The notes: a model not told the origin generated them from the letters alone. DNA of 49,557 nt from Candidatus Dojkabacteria bacterium (GCA_039929105.1 JBDSRX010000076.1:1-49557), one strand, 5' to 3'. Counted from the stretch's first letter, positions 22,504 through 30,085 are shown. Translations and numbers: made by a program.

Positions 22504-23277
22504 ATGAAAAGGCTAAAGCTACTATTCTTTTATGCTCTAATTATTCCCACTCTTACAACTTTAGTAGCAACTAAACTTTTTGCAACAGCTGGTCAATGGT
22601 CTAGCACAGGGTCTACCATTTACTATAATGATGGAAATCTAGGTATTGGAACATCTAGTCCAAGCGAGCCATTAACCATCAATAATTCTTCAAATATTGG
22701 TACTGCTTTGATTGGTGATGGTGTAGGCTCAATCTGGATACAAGGTAATACATACAGTGGAGATGGGTATGGCAATATTGGTTACAATGCATATTTAAAT
22801 AGCGGTTGGAAACGTAAGACTGTTAATAAAGAATCGTGGGTAATGGGATTTCTGTCAAATTCTGGTGGAACTGGTTCAGTAGGTAACGGAATATTTAGAA
22901 TATCTCATGCTGCTGCACAGTCTACAACTGCAATATCAAACCTAGAACCTATGTTTGAAGTATCAGCAAATGGAACTACTTTTGCTAAAGCTTTCGTAGT
23001 GGAGGCTACTAACTATTGGCCAGATTATGTTTTCAATAACGACTATAAATTAATGCCACTCAACGAACTTTCAGATTATATAAATCAAAATAAGCATTTA
23101 CCCTACGTGCCCTCTCAAGAAGATATTACTAAAAATGGACAAGATCTTGGTGAAGTGCAAAAAATTCAAATGCAAAAAATAGAGGAGTTGACTTTGTATA
23201 CAATTCAACAGGATAAGAAGATTAATGATTTAGAATTAAGATTAGAGAAATTGGAAACTACCTTAAATAATAAATAA
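22504..23277 (+). CDS. secreted tail-fibre-like protein with a C-terminal WPDYVF...HLP...coiled-coil module
   Basis: Signal peptide MKRLKLLFFYALIIPTLTTLVATKLFA. GNLGIGTSSPSEPLTI tail-fibre-type motif. YWPDYVFNNDYKLMPLNELSDYINQNKHLPYVPS...KIEELTLYTIQQ. Confidence 0.6.
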   Translation: MKRLKLLFFYALIIPTLTTLVATKLFATAGQWSSTGSTIYYNDGNLGIGTSSPSEPLTINNSSNIGTALIGDGVGSIWIQGNTYSGDGYGNIGYNAYLNSGWKRKTVNKESWVMGFLSNSGGTGSVGNGIFRISHAAAQSTTAISNLEPMFEVSANGTTFAKAFVVEATNYWPDYVFNNDYKLMPLNELSDYINQNKHLPYVPSQEDITKNGQDLGEVQKIQMQKIEELTLYTIQQDKKINDLELRLEKLETTLNNK

Positions 23278-23285
23278 TCATAAAT

Positions 23286-24020
23286 ATGAATAAATCTAAA
23301 CTTTTAATTACTAGTTCATCAGTAGTTGGAATTCTATTACCAATAATATTTATCCACTTTTATTCCCACGCATCAAATATTTCAGGAACTGAACTACCAG
23401 TAAGTTATCCTACTAAATATGGTACAACCCTAACCACACAAAATGATTCAGTACAACAATTTACTTTGGAATACCCATCCCAACTTAGCTACTATAAGCA
23501 AGACGAATACTTCGGGAGATTCAAAGAGCAAAATGTAACTAATATTATTGATTCTAATAATGAAAATGACACTAGATTTAATTTAAAAATAATTCCTTTT
23601 AATGTTGACTCTACTAGGTCTTCATTGAGCATTTTAGAAACATATATTGTGAATTATGTAGGTATTGCTACAAAAAATAATCAAAAGACTTATTCTAAGA
23701 ATGATTTCGATATTGCACAAGTTGGATATAACCCATTTTTTGAGGATGGAGATAACTACTTTAGAGTATATTCTTTATTGAAAAAAGATAACCATGCATG
23801 GATATTGACTGTCGGATATATTACTGACATGTCAAAAACAGATTCTCTTGACTTTACAAATTCTGAAGAATCAAGACTCTATGAACAAATAATGAATTCC
23901 TTCACTTTAAAGAATGGCACTGTAACTGATAATTTTAACGATTTAGATCTTTCCAATGTTAATGAAAATTTAGTAGATCAATACCATGAATTAAATCATA
24001 ATTTTGAAACTAACATTTAG
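23286..24020 (+). CDS. membrane-anchored or secreted hypothetical protein
   Basis: N-terminal hydrophobic segment. QQFTLEYPSQLSYY beta-rich ectodomain. Confidence 0.55.
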   Translation: MNKSKLLITSSSVVGILLPIIFIHFYSHASNISGTELPVSYPTKYGTTLTTQNDSVQQFTLEYPSQLSYYKQDEYFGRFKEQNVTNIIDSNNENDTRFNLKIIPFNVDSTRSSLSILETYIVNYVGIATKNNQKTYSKNDFDIAQVGYNPFFEDGDNYFRVYSLLKKDNHAWILTVGYITDMSKTDSLDFTNSEESRLYEQIMNSFTLKNGTVTDNFNDLDLSNVNENLVDQYHELNHNFETNI

Positions 24021-24022
24021 AA

Positions 24023-24739
24023 ATGAAAAAATACTTAAAAACATTCTTTATATTATTTATCATAAACATATCCTTGCCTCTAACAATTAAAGCTGAGAGT
24101 TTTGTATGGCCTACGGATGGTTATGTAGGATGGAGATTCTATGATGATACAAATGGTTTTGATACAAGTGGTTTTAAAGTACTAATTGATGGTACATACC
24201 ATTATATGCATACTGGAGTGGATATCTGGTCAACCTCAGACGGAGGCTGGAATAACGATGTTGTTAATAGTAGTAATCCCGTTTATTCTGCTTATCAGGG
24301 TACAGTCTATTATACAGACTACTTAGGTATTCAAGTTAAGCACTCAAATACTTTATATACAAACTATTGGCATCTAAGGAATGTAGCAGTAAGTAGTAAC
24401 GATACTGTAAGCACAAGTACAATATTAGGGTATCAAGATGATGGTAATGGTATAGTACATGTTCATCTTACAGTCACAACAGCTGCTATGGAAGGATCCA
24501 ATCATGATAATACTGGAGCTATAGACCCTACACCCTATTTTGGAACTGAATTAGACGTTCGACAAACAGGAACAGTTATATCATGGGGAACATTTGTTAA
24601 ACATGGTCCTTGTGGTTTAGACAACGTTGTAATTCAACAAAATATGACGGGAGATTTTACTTGTACAGCTACAAACTCTATAATAATTTTACCAACCTCT
24701 ATTTTAACTGGTACACAAATATATACTACTATTAATTAA
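24023..24739 (+). CDS. secreted M23-family (LytM-type) metallopeptidase
   Basis: Signal peptide, HTGVD (HxxxD) and VHVHL (HxH). Confidence 0.7.
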   Translation: MKKYLKTFFILFIINISLPLTIKAESFVWPTDGYVGWRFYDDTNGFDTSGFKVLIDGTYHYMHTGVDIWSTSDGGWNNDVVNSSNPVYSAYQGTVYYTDYLGIQVKHSNTLYTNYWHLRNVAVSSNDTVSTSTILGYQDDGNGIVHVHLTVTTAAMEGSNHDNTGAIDPTPYFGTELDVRQTGTVISWGTFVKHGPCGLDNVVIQQNMTGDFTCTATNSIIILPTSILTGTQIYTTIN

Positions 24740-24745
24740 CATTCT

Positions 24746-25459
24746 ATGAATAAGAAAAAAATATTTATTTTAATATTAGGAATTATCTTTATTTTTACTT
24801 TTATTATTACAGTTTTTGAAATTATCACACTAGTTAATCAAAATAATGATTCAAAGATTAATTCTAATACCATTACACCACCTACAAATGTTCCAACACC
24901 AACTTCTTCTCCAAGTAAAATTGATTCTAAATTTACAGTTTCTTTGATCTACCAACAGCCTACAGTAAACCCTCAAAAGCCATACCGCGAAGATTTAATA
25001 AACTTTAAATCAAGTATTTCCAGTCTTACTTCACCTGTTGTTAAAAGCATTGATGCTGGACATATAACAGTATCAAATCAAGACTATACAATTTTTATAT
25101 CTGGAATAGGCGAAGGTACACCCACTAATGGGCAAGTAAGTGCGACAGACACTAAAGTTAAAAGTAACTTTGATTCACAGATATATAGGATAGATGATTC
25201 TAACGATACAGATACAAAAGACTACTTACACAATTATGGATTAGATAACTTTGCTTACATAGATTACTATACTGACCAATATAATATTGGTTGTAATGGA
25301 CAATTCAATAGTAACCAATACTGCGGCACAAATTTCATAACCTTGAATGCTAATAGCCAGGGCTTTAAGTCACAATTCTCAATCTATTGTATGGTAAATA
25401 ATATATCAGCTGTAGGGAAATGTGATGAATTTATTAATAATCTAATTATCACTCAATAA
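24746..25459 (+). CDS. membrane-anchored hypothetical protein with a Pro/Thr linker
   Basis: TM segment IFILILGIIFIFTFIITVF, then ITPPTNVPTPTSSPS. Confidence 0.55.
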   Translation: MNKKKIFILILGIIFIFTFIITVFEIITLVNQNNDSKINSNTITPPTNVPTPTSSPSKIDSKFTVSLIYQQPTVNPQKPYREDLINFKSSISSLTSPVVKSIDAGHITVSNQDYTIFISGIGEGTPTNGQVSATDTKVKSNFDSQIYRIDDSNDTDTKDYLHNYGLDNFAYIDYYTDQYNIGCNGQFNSNQYCGTNFITLNANSQGFKSQFSIYCMVNNISAVGKCDEFINNLIITQ

Positions 25460-25463
25460 AAAA

Positions 25464-26177
25464 TTGTCAAAATTGAAAAAGAAATACATAATCACCTTAC
25501 TAACATTAGGATTTATTCTATTAATAACTGCGATAATACTTCTTGTTTTTAAAATACCAGTTTCTGCTCCTCAATATGCTAATGATTTACCTCTATCTGT
25601 TCCTATAGTTTCACCTCCGGTGACACCTCAATCTTCAATTATTTACAAAGAAATAGAGAATACCCAGTTTGGATATAAATTAAAATATAATCAAAACTAT
25701 TCTGTTAGAAATCAATCTTCAGATGCCTTTGTACATTCACTGGGTGGATATTTCGTGTCAGTTCTACAAGCTCCGACAAAAGGTTATCAATTACCTGGTG
25801 TCGATATTACAGTACTAGATCGAAGTATCATGGGTAATTTAAGTCTAAGCGAATGGGTAGAGAGTGTTTCTGCTGATACTCATGAGATACTCCAAGAAAA
25901 TACGAATCAATACAAATATACTGCTGCAAATTACAAAACAATATCTACTGATAAAATTATATTTGTTGCAAATAATGAACCATTTGTGAATGGCTCAGCA
26001 GTATTACTTTTTGACAATGGAACAAACTTAATTCAACTTTCGGGAGCATTCGATAATGATTTATTTTTCGAGTTAGCTAAAGATTTTCAAGTCAAGTTTG
26101 ATAATCAATATTTAGGATTAACTTCTAGCGACATAACTTCAATAAAGTCTTTTTATAAAGATAATATTCATTTCTAA
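25464..26177 (+). CDS. membrane-anchored hypothetical protein with a Pro-rich linker
   Basis: TM segment IITLLTLGFILLITAIILLVF, then PLSVPIVSPPVTPQ, then FGYKLKYNQNY. TTG start in the ORF track. Confidence 0.5.
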   Translation: MSKLKKKYIITLLTLGFILLITAIILLVFKIPVSAPQYANDLPLSVPIVSPPVTPQSSIIYKEIENTQFGYKLKYNQNYSVRNQSSDAFVHSLGGYFVSVLQAPTKGYQLPGVDITVLDRSIMGNLSLSEWVESVSADTHEILQENTNQYKYTAANYKTISTDKIIFVANNEPFVNGSAVLLFDNGTNLIQLSGAFDNDLFFELAKDFQVKFDNQYLGLTSSDITSIKSFYKDNIHF

Positions 26178-26179
26178 AA

Positions 26180-26349
26180 CTCATTCCGACCGAATGCAAT
26201 GAGTGGAGGAATCACTCTCCGCAGAGAGATCCCTCGGCTTCGCTCGGGATGAATCTCGCAAAGCAACCAATGAGTGACTTAGAATCTATGGCTCTAGGTG
26301 GTAATCCCGACAAGTCGGGACTAGATCCTGAAACAAGTTCAGGATGACG
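26180..26349. repeat. composite repeat cluster: GTCAT-hairpin family units (26180-26255, 26323-26349) enclosing copy B of the second family (26258-26320)
   Basis: CATTCCGACCGA...GAGTGGAGGAATCAC...GATCCCTCGGCTTCGCTCGGGATGA closely matches 6203-6290. Confidence 0.8.
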
Positions 26350-26367
26350 TCTCTATAAGGATTTTCG

Positions 26368-26376
26368 TGATATAAT
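26368..26376 (+). promoter_or_regulatory. extended -10 TGATATAAT ending 7 nt before the ATG at 26384
   Basis: Read directly. Implies a leaderless or near-leaderless mRNA. Confidence 0.4.
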
Positions 26377-26383
26377 TACCTAT

Positions 26384-26827
26384 ATGAAAAAGCATGTGGT
26401 AGTAGTTCTAGACAATATAAGATCTACTTTTAACGTAGGATCCATTTTAAGAACTTCAGATGGAGCAGGAGTAGATAAACTATACCTTTGTGGAATTACA
26501 CCAACTCCAGACCATCCAAAGATCAAAAAAACGGCATTGGGAGCAGAAGATTATGTAAAGTGGGAACATCATAAGAATATTATTGAAGTATTAGTAAAGT
26601 TAAAAAAAGAGAAATATACAATTGTTTCTGTTGAGCAGAGTGATAAGGCTGTAGATTACAAAGATTTCGTATATCCTAACAAAGTAGCATTTGTATTTGG
26701 TAATGAAATTTCTGGAGTATCACATTATGTAATGGAAGACTCAGATTTTATTGTAGACATTGAAATGCACGGTAAAAAGAACTCTTTAAATGTAGCGACA
26801 ACTGTAGGAATAATATTATATAAATAG
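26384..26827 (+). CDS. SpoU/TrmH-family RNA 2'-O-methyltransferase
   Basis: NVGSILRTSDGAGV, FGNEISGVS and NSLNVATTVGIILY. Confidence 0.85.
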   Translation: MKKHVVVVLDNIRSTFNVGSILRTSDGAGVDKLYLCGITPTPDHPKIKKTALGAEDYVKWEHHKNIIEVLVKLKKEKYTIVSVEQSDKAVDYKDFVYPNKVAFVFGNEISGVSHYVMEDSDFIVDIEMHGKKNSLNVATTVGIILYK

Positions 26828-26908
26828 TCACAAAATACGAATAACGAAATCCAAAGCTGTTTATTCTTTTGAATTTCTAATTTCGAATTTCGGATTTTAA
26901 AAAAATAT

Positions 26909-27487
26909 ATGAAAGCAAACCAACCAAGAATAACAGCAGGAACATTAAAAGGACGCAAACTAAAAGTCCCCGAATCTGCACGACCATTTACAGAAAGAGT
27001 AAAGATTACAATGTTCGATTTAATTTCCGAATATATTAAAGACGCAAAGGTTTTAGACCTTTTTGCAGGATCCGGGAATTTAGGAATAGAGGCATTAAGT
27101 AGAGGAGCTAGTTATGTTCAATTTGTAGAAAGTGAAGAAAAATCTATTAAAATAATTAGAGAAAACTTAATCTCTATGGATCTTATGAACCAAACTAGAG
27201 TTACAAACCTAGATGTCTTTAAATTTCTAAAAATAAATAAGGATAAATTCGATATTATCTTTATAGATCCACCATTTACAATGGACTTTATAATGAGATT
27301 TCAAGAATTAGTAAACTCTTTATCTGAAAATGGAATTATTGTTCTAAAATTAGAAGAAGGTAACGATAAATACAAAACTGAAGGATTGGAAATAGTTTAC
27401 ACAAAGAAACTTGGAACAAATGTTCTATATTTCCTAAAGAAAATTAATGAAAGAAATGAAGATAATGAAAGCAATGAATCAGAATAA
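26909..27487 (+). CDS. rsmD: 16S rRNA (guanine966-N2)-methyltransferase RsmD
   Basis: ITAGTLKGRKLKVPES.RPFTERVK, DLFAGSGNLGIEALSRGA and IFIDPPF. Confidence 0.85.
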   Translation: MKANQPRITAGTLKGRKLKVPESARPFTERVKITMFDLISEYIKDAKVLDLFAGSGNLGIEALSRGASYVQFVESEEKSIKIIRENLISMDLMNQTRVTNLDVFKFLKINKDKFDIIFIDPPFTMDFIMRFQELVNSLSENGIIVLKLEEGNDKYKTEGLEIVYTKKLGTNVLYFLKKINERNEDNESNESE

Positions 27488-27539
27488 CCTCTGGATAACT
27501 TGTATTACTTCATTTTTTCATTCCTTCATTCTTTCATTT
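27446..27539 (+). terminator. long imperfect AT-rich hairpin whose 5' arm is the last 14 codons of rsmD
   Basis: AATGAAAGAAATGAAGATAATGAAAGCAATGAA versus the reverse complement of CTTCATTTTTTCATTCCTTCATTCTTTCATT. Confidence 0.4.
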
Positions 27540-27616
27540 GTGCTAAAATAACTTGATACAAACACGAGCCAAGAAGGTTCGTAACAATTTAAATGAACTT
27601 AATTTAATACTTTTAT

Positions 27617-27835
27617 ATGGCAGCAACACCAAAACACAGAAGATCCGCACAAAAAGCTAGATCTACAAGAGCATCTCAAAGATATGATGTTACTTTAACA
27701 AAGCACAAAAAGATGAAGAATAAGGGTGGAAAATCATTTGTTGTTTCAAAAGAAACAGGAATGGCATCACTTTCTCATAGAGTTTCAAAAGAAAATCCAA
27801 CTTATAAAGGAGTAAAAATAATTAACGAGAAATAA
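27617..27835 (+). CDS. rpmF: 50S ribosomal protein L32 (Cys-less form)
   Basis: MAATPKHRRSAQKARSTRA...LSHRVSKENPTYKGVKI parallels the L32 pattern PKRKTSKSRRDKRRA...HRVC..CGYYKGREV. Confidence 0.7.
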   Translation: MAATPKHRRSAQKARSTRASQRYDVTLTKHKKMKNKGGKSFVVSKETGMASLSHRVSKENPTYKGVKIINEK

Positions 27836-27849
27836 CTTCAGTTTTTTAC

Positions 27850-28317
27850 ATGAAGAATTCAAAGCATTTAGATAAGCACGTATCCAGAGTCTTAGCTGTA
27901 CAATTTCTTTACAATAAACTTGTTAACGAAAGAGATAATCTAGATACTACCCCTTTTGAGCCTCATTCTCTTTTAGAAGAAATGGAAGCTACAAAATATG
28001 ATAATAACCTTTATGTAAGCATTGTAGACTCAGTTACAGAACACAAAGATACAATTGACGAAGTAATTAACCATCTTGCCCCAGAATACGCTATTGCCGA
28101 TATTAATCCTGTAAATTTAACTATTTTAAGAGTTGCAATTGCTGAGGCATATATTAACCAAACTACACCTGCACCTATCGTAATTGATGAAGCCATAGAA
28201 CTTAAGAAGGACATTAATCCAGACGAAAGTTCTAGTGCATTTATTAATGGAGTGCTTGGTGCTATCCTAAAAGATGAGGATATATTAAAGAAGTTAGCAG
28301 AATTAAAAAAAGAATAA
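27850..28317 (+). CDS. nusB: transcription antitermination factor NusB
   Basis: RVLAVQFLY, LTILRVAIAE, PAPIVIDEAIELKK and AFINGVLG. Confidence 0.85.
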   Translation: MKNSKHLDKHVSRVLAVQFLYNKLVNERDNLDTTPFEPHSLLEEMEATKYDNNLYVSIVDSVTEHKDTIDEVINHLAPEYAIADINPVNLTILRVAIAEAYINQTTPAPIVIDEAIELKKDINPDESSSAFINGVLGAILKDEDILKKLAELKKE

Positions 28318-28326
28318 TTTTGAATA

Positions 28327-28389
28327 ACGAAGCTCGAATGAAGAAGCTCAAAAATGTGACATCTTGTGGCTTCGATATTCGAATTTCGT
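28327..28389 (+). promoter_or_regulatory. 21-bp imperfect hairpin in the rnc 5' leader
   Basis: ACGAAGCTCGAATGAAGAAGC pairs with GCTTCGATATTCGAATTTCGT at 16 of 21 positions. It ends 11 nt before the rnc ATG. Confidence 0.45.
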
Positions 28390-28400
28390 GCTTATAAAAT

Positions 28401-29120
28401 ATGGACGATAAAAAACTACAAAATTTAATCAAAATCCTTGGCCACAAAGTGGATACAGATCTACTTAAGGTTGCTCTTACTCACAGATCTTATATTAATG
28501 AAGTTAAAAATAGAGCTTTGGAGCATAACGAAAGATTAGAATTCTTAGGAGATGCTGTTTTAGAACTTGCTGTTACTGAATATCTTTTTGGAACTCATAA
28601 AGACTTAAATGAAGGAATTTTAACTAGTTTTAGAGCAGCTTTAGTAAAAACAGAAAGTCTTGCTGAAGAGGCAAAAAGACTTGGTGTAGGAGAATTTATA
28701 TTCATGAGTAAGGGAGAAGAGCAAAGTGGCGGTAGAGACAGACAATATATACTTGCAAATACTATGGAAGCTATTGTTGGATCTATTCACTTATCTTTAG
28801 GATATAAAGCAGCAGAAGAGTTTATTCTTAAGAATATTTGCTATAAATTACCTAAAATAATCGAAGGTAGAAGTGACATCGATTCTAAGTCTAGACTTCA
28901 AGAAGTAGCTCAAGAAACTGCTAAATTTACCCCTAGATATGAGCTTGTAACTGCAGTTGGTCCAGACCATAACAAAATATTTGAAATGTCTGTATTCATC
29001 GATACATACAATTTTGGAGTAGGAAAAGGTAAGAGTAAGCAAGAAGCAGAACAAAATGCTGCTTTAGATGCATTAAATAACTGGGATAAGCTTGCTAAAA
29101 AGTATTTTAAGAAAAATTGA
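28401..29120 (+). CDS. rnc: ribonuclease III
   Basis: ALTHRSY, NERLEFLGDAVLEL, and the C-terminal dsRBD GPDHNKIFEMSV...GKGKSKQEAEQNAA. Confidence 0.93.
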   Translation: MDDKKLQNLIKILGHKVDTDLLKVALTHRSYINEVKNRALEHNERLEFLGDAVLELAVTEYLFGTHKDLNEGILTSFRAALVKTESLAEEAKRLGVGEFIFMSKGEEQSGGRDRQYILANTMEAIVGSIHLSLGYKAAEEFILKNICYKLPKIIEGRSDIDSKSRLQEVAQETAKFTPRYELVTAVGPDHNKIFEMSVFIDTYNFGVGKGKSKQEAEQNAALDALNNWDKLAKKYFKKN

Positions 29121-29251
29121 TAGTAAAAACACTGATATATGTGGTAAAATTGCAAGGAAAAACAATGAGAACGTAGTTCGAAGAAGATTTTTCCTTTGCT
29201 CCTTTAGGAGTAAACAAGTTTAAGATAATAATAAATTTATAATATACAAAA

Positions 29252-29566
29252 ATGGTTAGAATAAGATTAACAAGAACAGGAAAGAAAAATGATCCTTCTT
29301 ATAGAGTTGTAATTACACCTCAAAGAGAGAAGAGAGAAACTAGATTTTTAGAACTTATCGGTAATTACTCACCTAAAACTAAACTTTTCAACGTAAAAGA
29401 AGATAGAGTTAAATACTGGTTAGGAGTTGGTGCACAACCATCTGAGACAGTTAAAAAGTTACTTTCAACTAAGGGTTTATATGAATATAAGCCAACAAGA
29501 AATTTCCATGGTACACCAGGAAAGAAAGCTAAGGATAGAGCACCTAAAGAAGAAAAGGCAGCATAA
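29252..29566 (+). CDS. rpsP: 30S ribosomal protein S16
   Basis: MVRIRLTRTGKKNDPSYRVVI...YWLGVGAQPSETV. Confidence 0.93.
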   Translation: MVRIRLTRTGKKNDPSYRVVITPQREKRETRFLELIGNYSPKTKLFNVKEDRVKYWLGVGAQPSETVKKLLSTKGLYEYKPTRNFHGTPGKKAKDRAPKEEKAA

Positions 29567-29584
29567 GTTTAAAATGAAATTAGA

Positions 29585-29612
29585 AAAGACCTGGGAAACT
29601 GGGTCTTTTTTT
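29585..29612 (+). terminator. intrinsic terminator after rpsP
   Basis: AGACC-TGGGAAACTG-GGTCT followed by T7. Confidence 0.65.
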
Positions 29613-29700
29613 ATGACTTTGACAGGCCTACCTATCATTAATTTCAAACTCAACATGAACAAGTTGCGTTAATTCTTTCTTTTTTCACTTTTTTATATCT

Positions 29701-29782
29701 AAAAAAGTAACCAAAAAAGATTTGAAGGTAAAACGAAGCCTGAAGCTGTAGATCTGGAAGTCAGGCGCGTTTTACCCTCAAA
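29701..29782 (-). terminator. long minus-strand intrinsic terminator (15-bp plus 6-bp stems, then a U-rich tract)
   Basis: TTTGAGGGTAAAACG/CGTTTTACCTTCAAA and GCCTGA/TCAGGC. The single mismatch is A.C on plus-strand RNA but G.U on minus-strand RNA. The minus strand continues TCTTTTTTGGTTACTTTTTT. Confidence 0.55.
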
Positions 29783-29861
29783 CTCCCGAATAAAAGCAAA
29801 CTAATTCTTAGAATTGTCCATTTTAGACTGACAAACCAAACAGTATACCTTTAGGATGAGT

Positions 29862-30002
29862 CTGAGTAATTAATGACGCACTTACACACCAAAGTATGCG
29901 GCTTATTAATTACTCAGAACTTTTTGCAGTACTTTTTAGTTATTGCATTTTCAAATAGCTACGAAGTAACGAAATGCAAAAAGCTCCGCTTATAAAAAGT
30001 AC
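29862..30002 (-). ncRNA. structured non-coding segment (candidate ncRNA or structured 3' UTR of the pilus operon)
   Basis: 13-bp perfect stem CTGAGTAATTAAT/ATTAATTACTCAG (29862-29917). Nested helices GTACTTTTT/AAAAAGTAC and TTGCATTT.C/GAAATGCAA (29929-30002). The strand is inferred only from the downstream terminator. Confidence 0.3.
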
Positions 30003-30018
30003 GAAAGAAGAATTTTAA

Positions 30019-30085
30019 CGCAAAGCAACTAAGAGTGAGCTTGAATCTATGGAATTAGATGGTGACCGCTGTGCGGTTTTGAGGG
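30019..30085 (+). repeat. copy C of the second repeat family, abutting the pilO-like stop codon
   Basis: CGCAAAGCAACTAAGAGTGAGCTTGAATCTATGGAATTAGATGGTGACCGCTGTGCGG. Confidence 0.7.

Noticed and set aside
29163-29190. GAGAAC..GTAGTTCGAA..GAAG in the rpsP leader resembling 9704-9742 upstream of tRNA-Ser, inside a GCAAGGAAAAA/TTTTTCCTTTGC hairpin
   Set aside because: The shared segment is short (about 20 nt with gaps) and AT-rich flanks inflate chance matches. It is noted only as context for the tRNA-Ser duplication. It would need a genome-wide search.
29738-29766. GCCTGAAGCTGTAGATCTGGAAGTCAGGC as SRP RNA domain IV
   Set aside because: The order of the AGC and GGAA elements is reversed relative to the SRP consensus (AGG-stem-GGAA-stem-AGCA), and the residues flanking GGAA do not pair. 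It fits better as the apex of a terminator hairpin.
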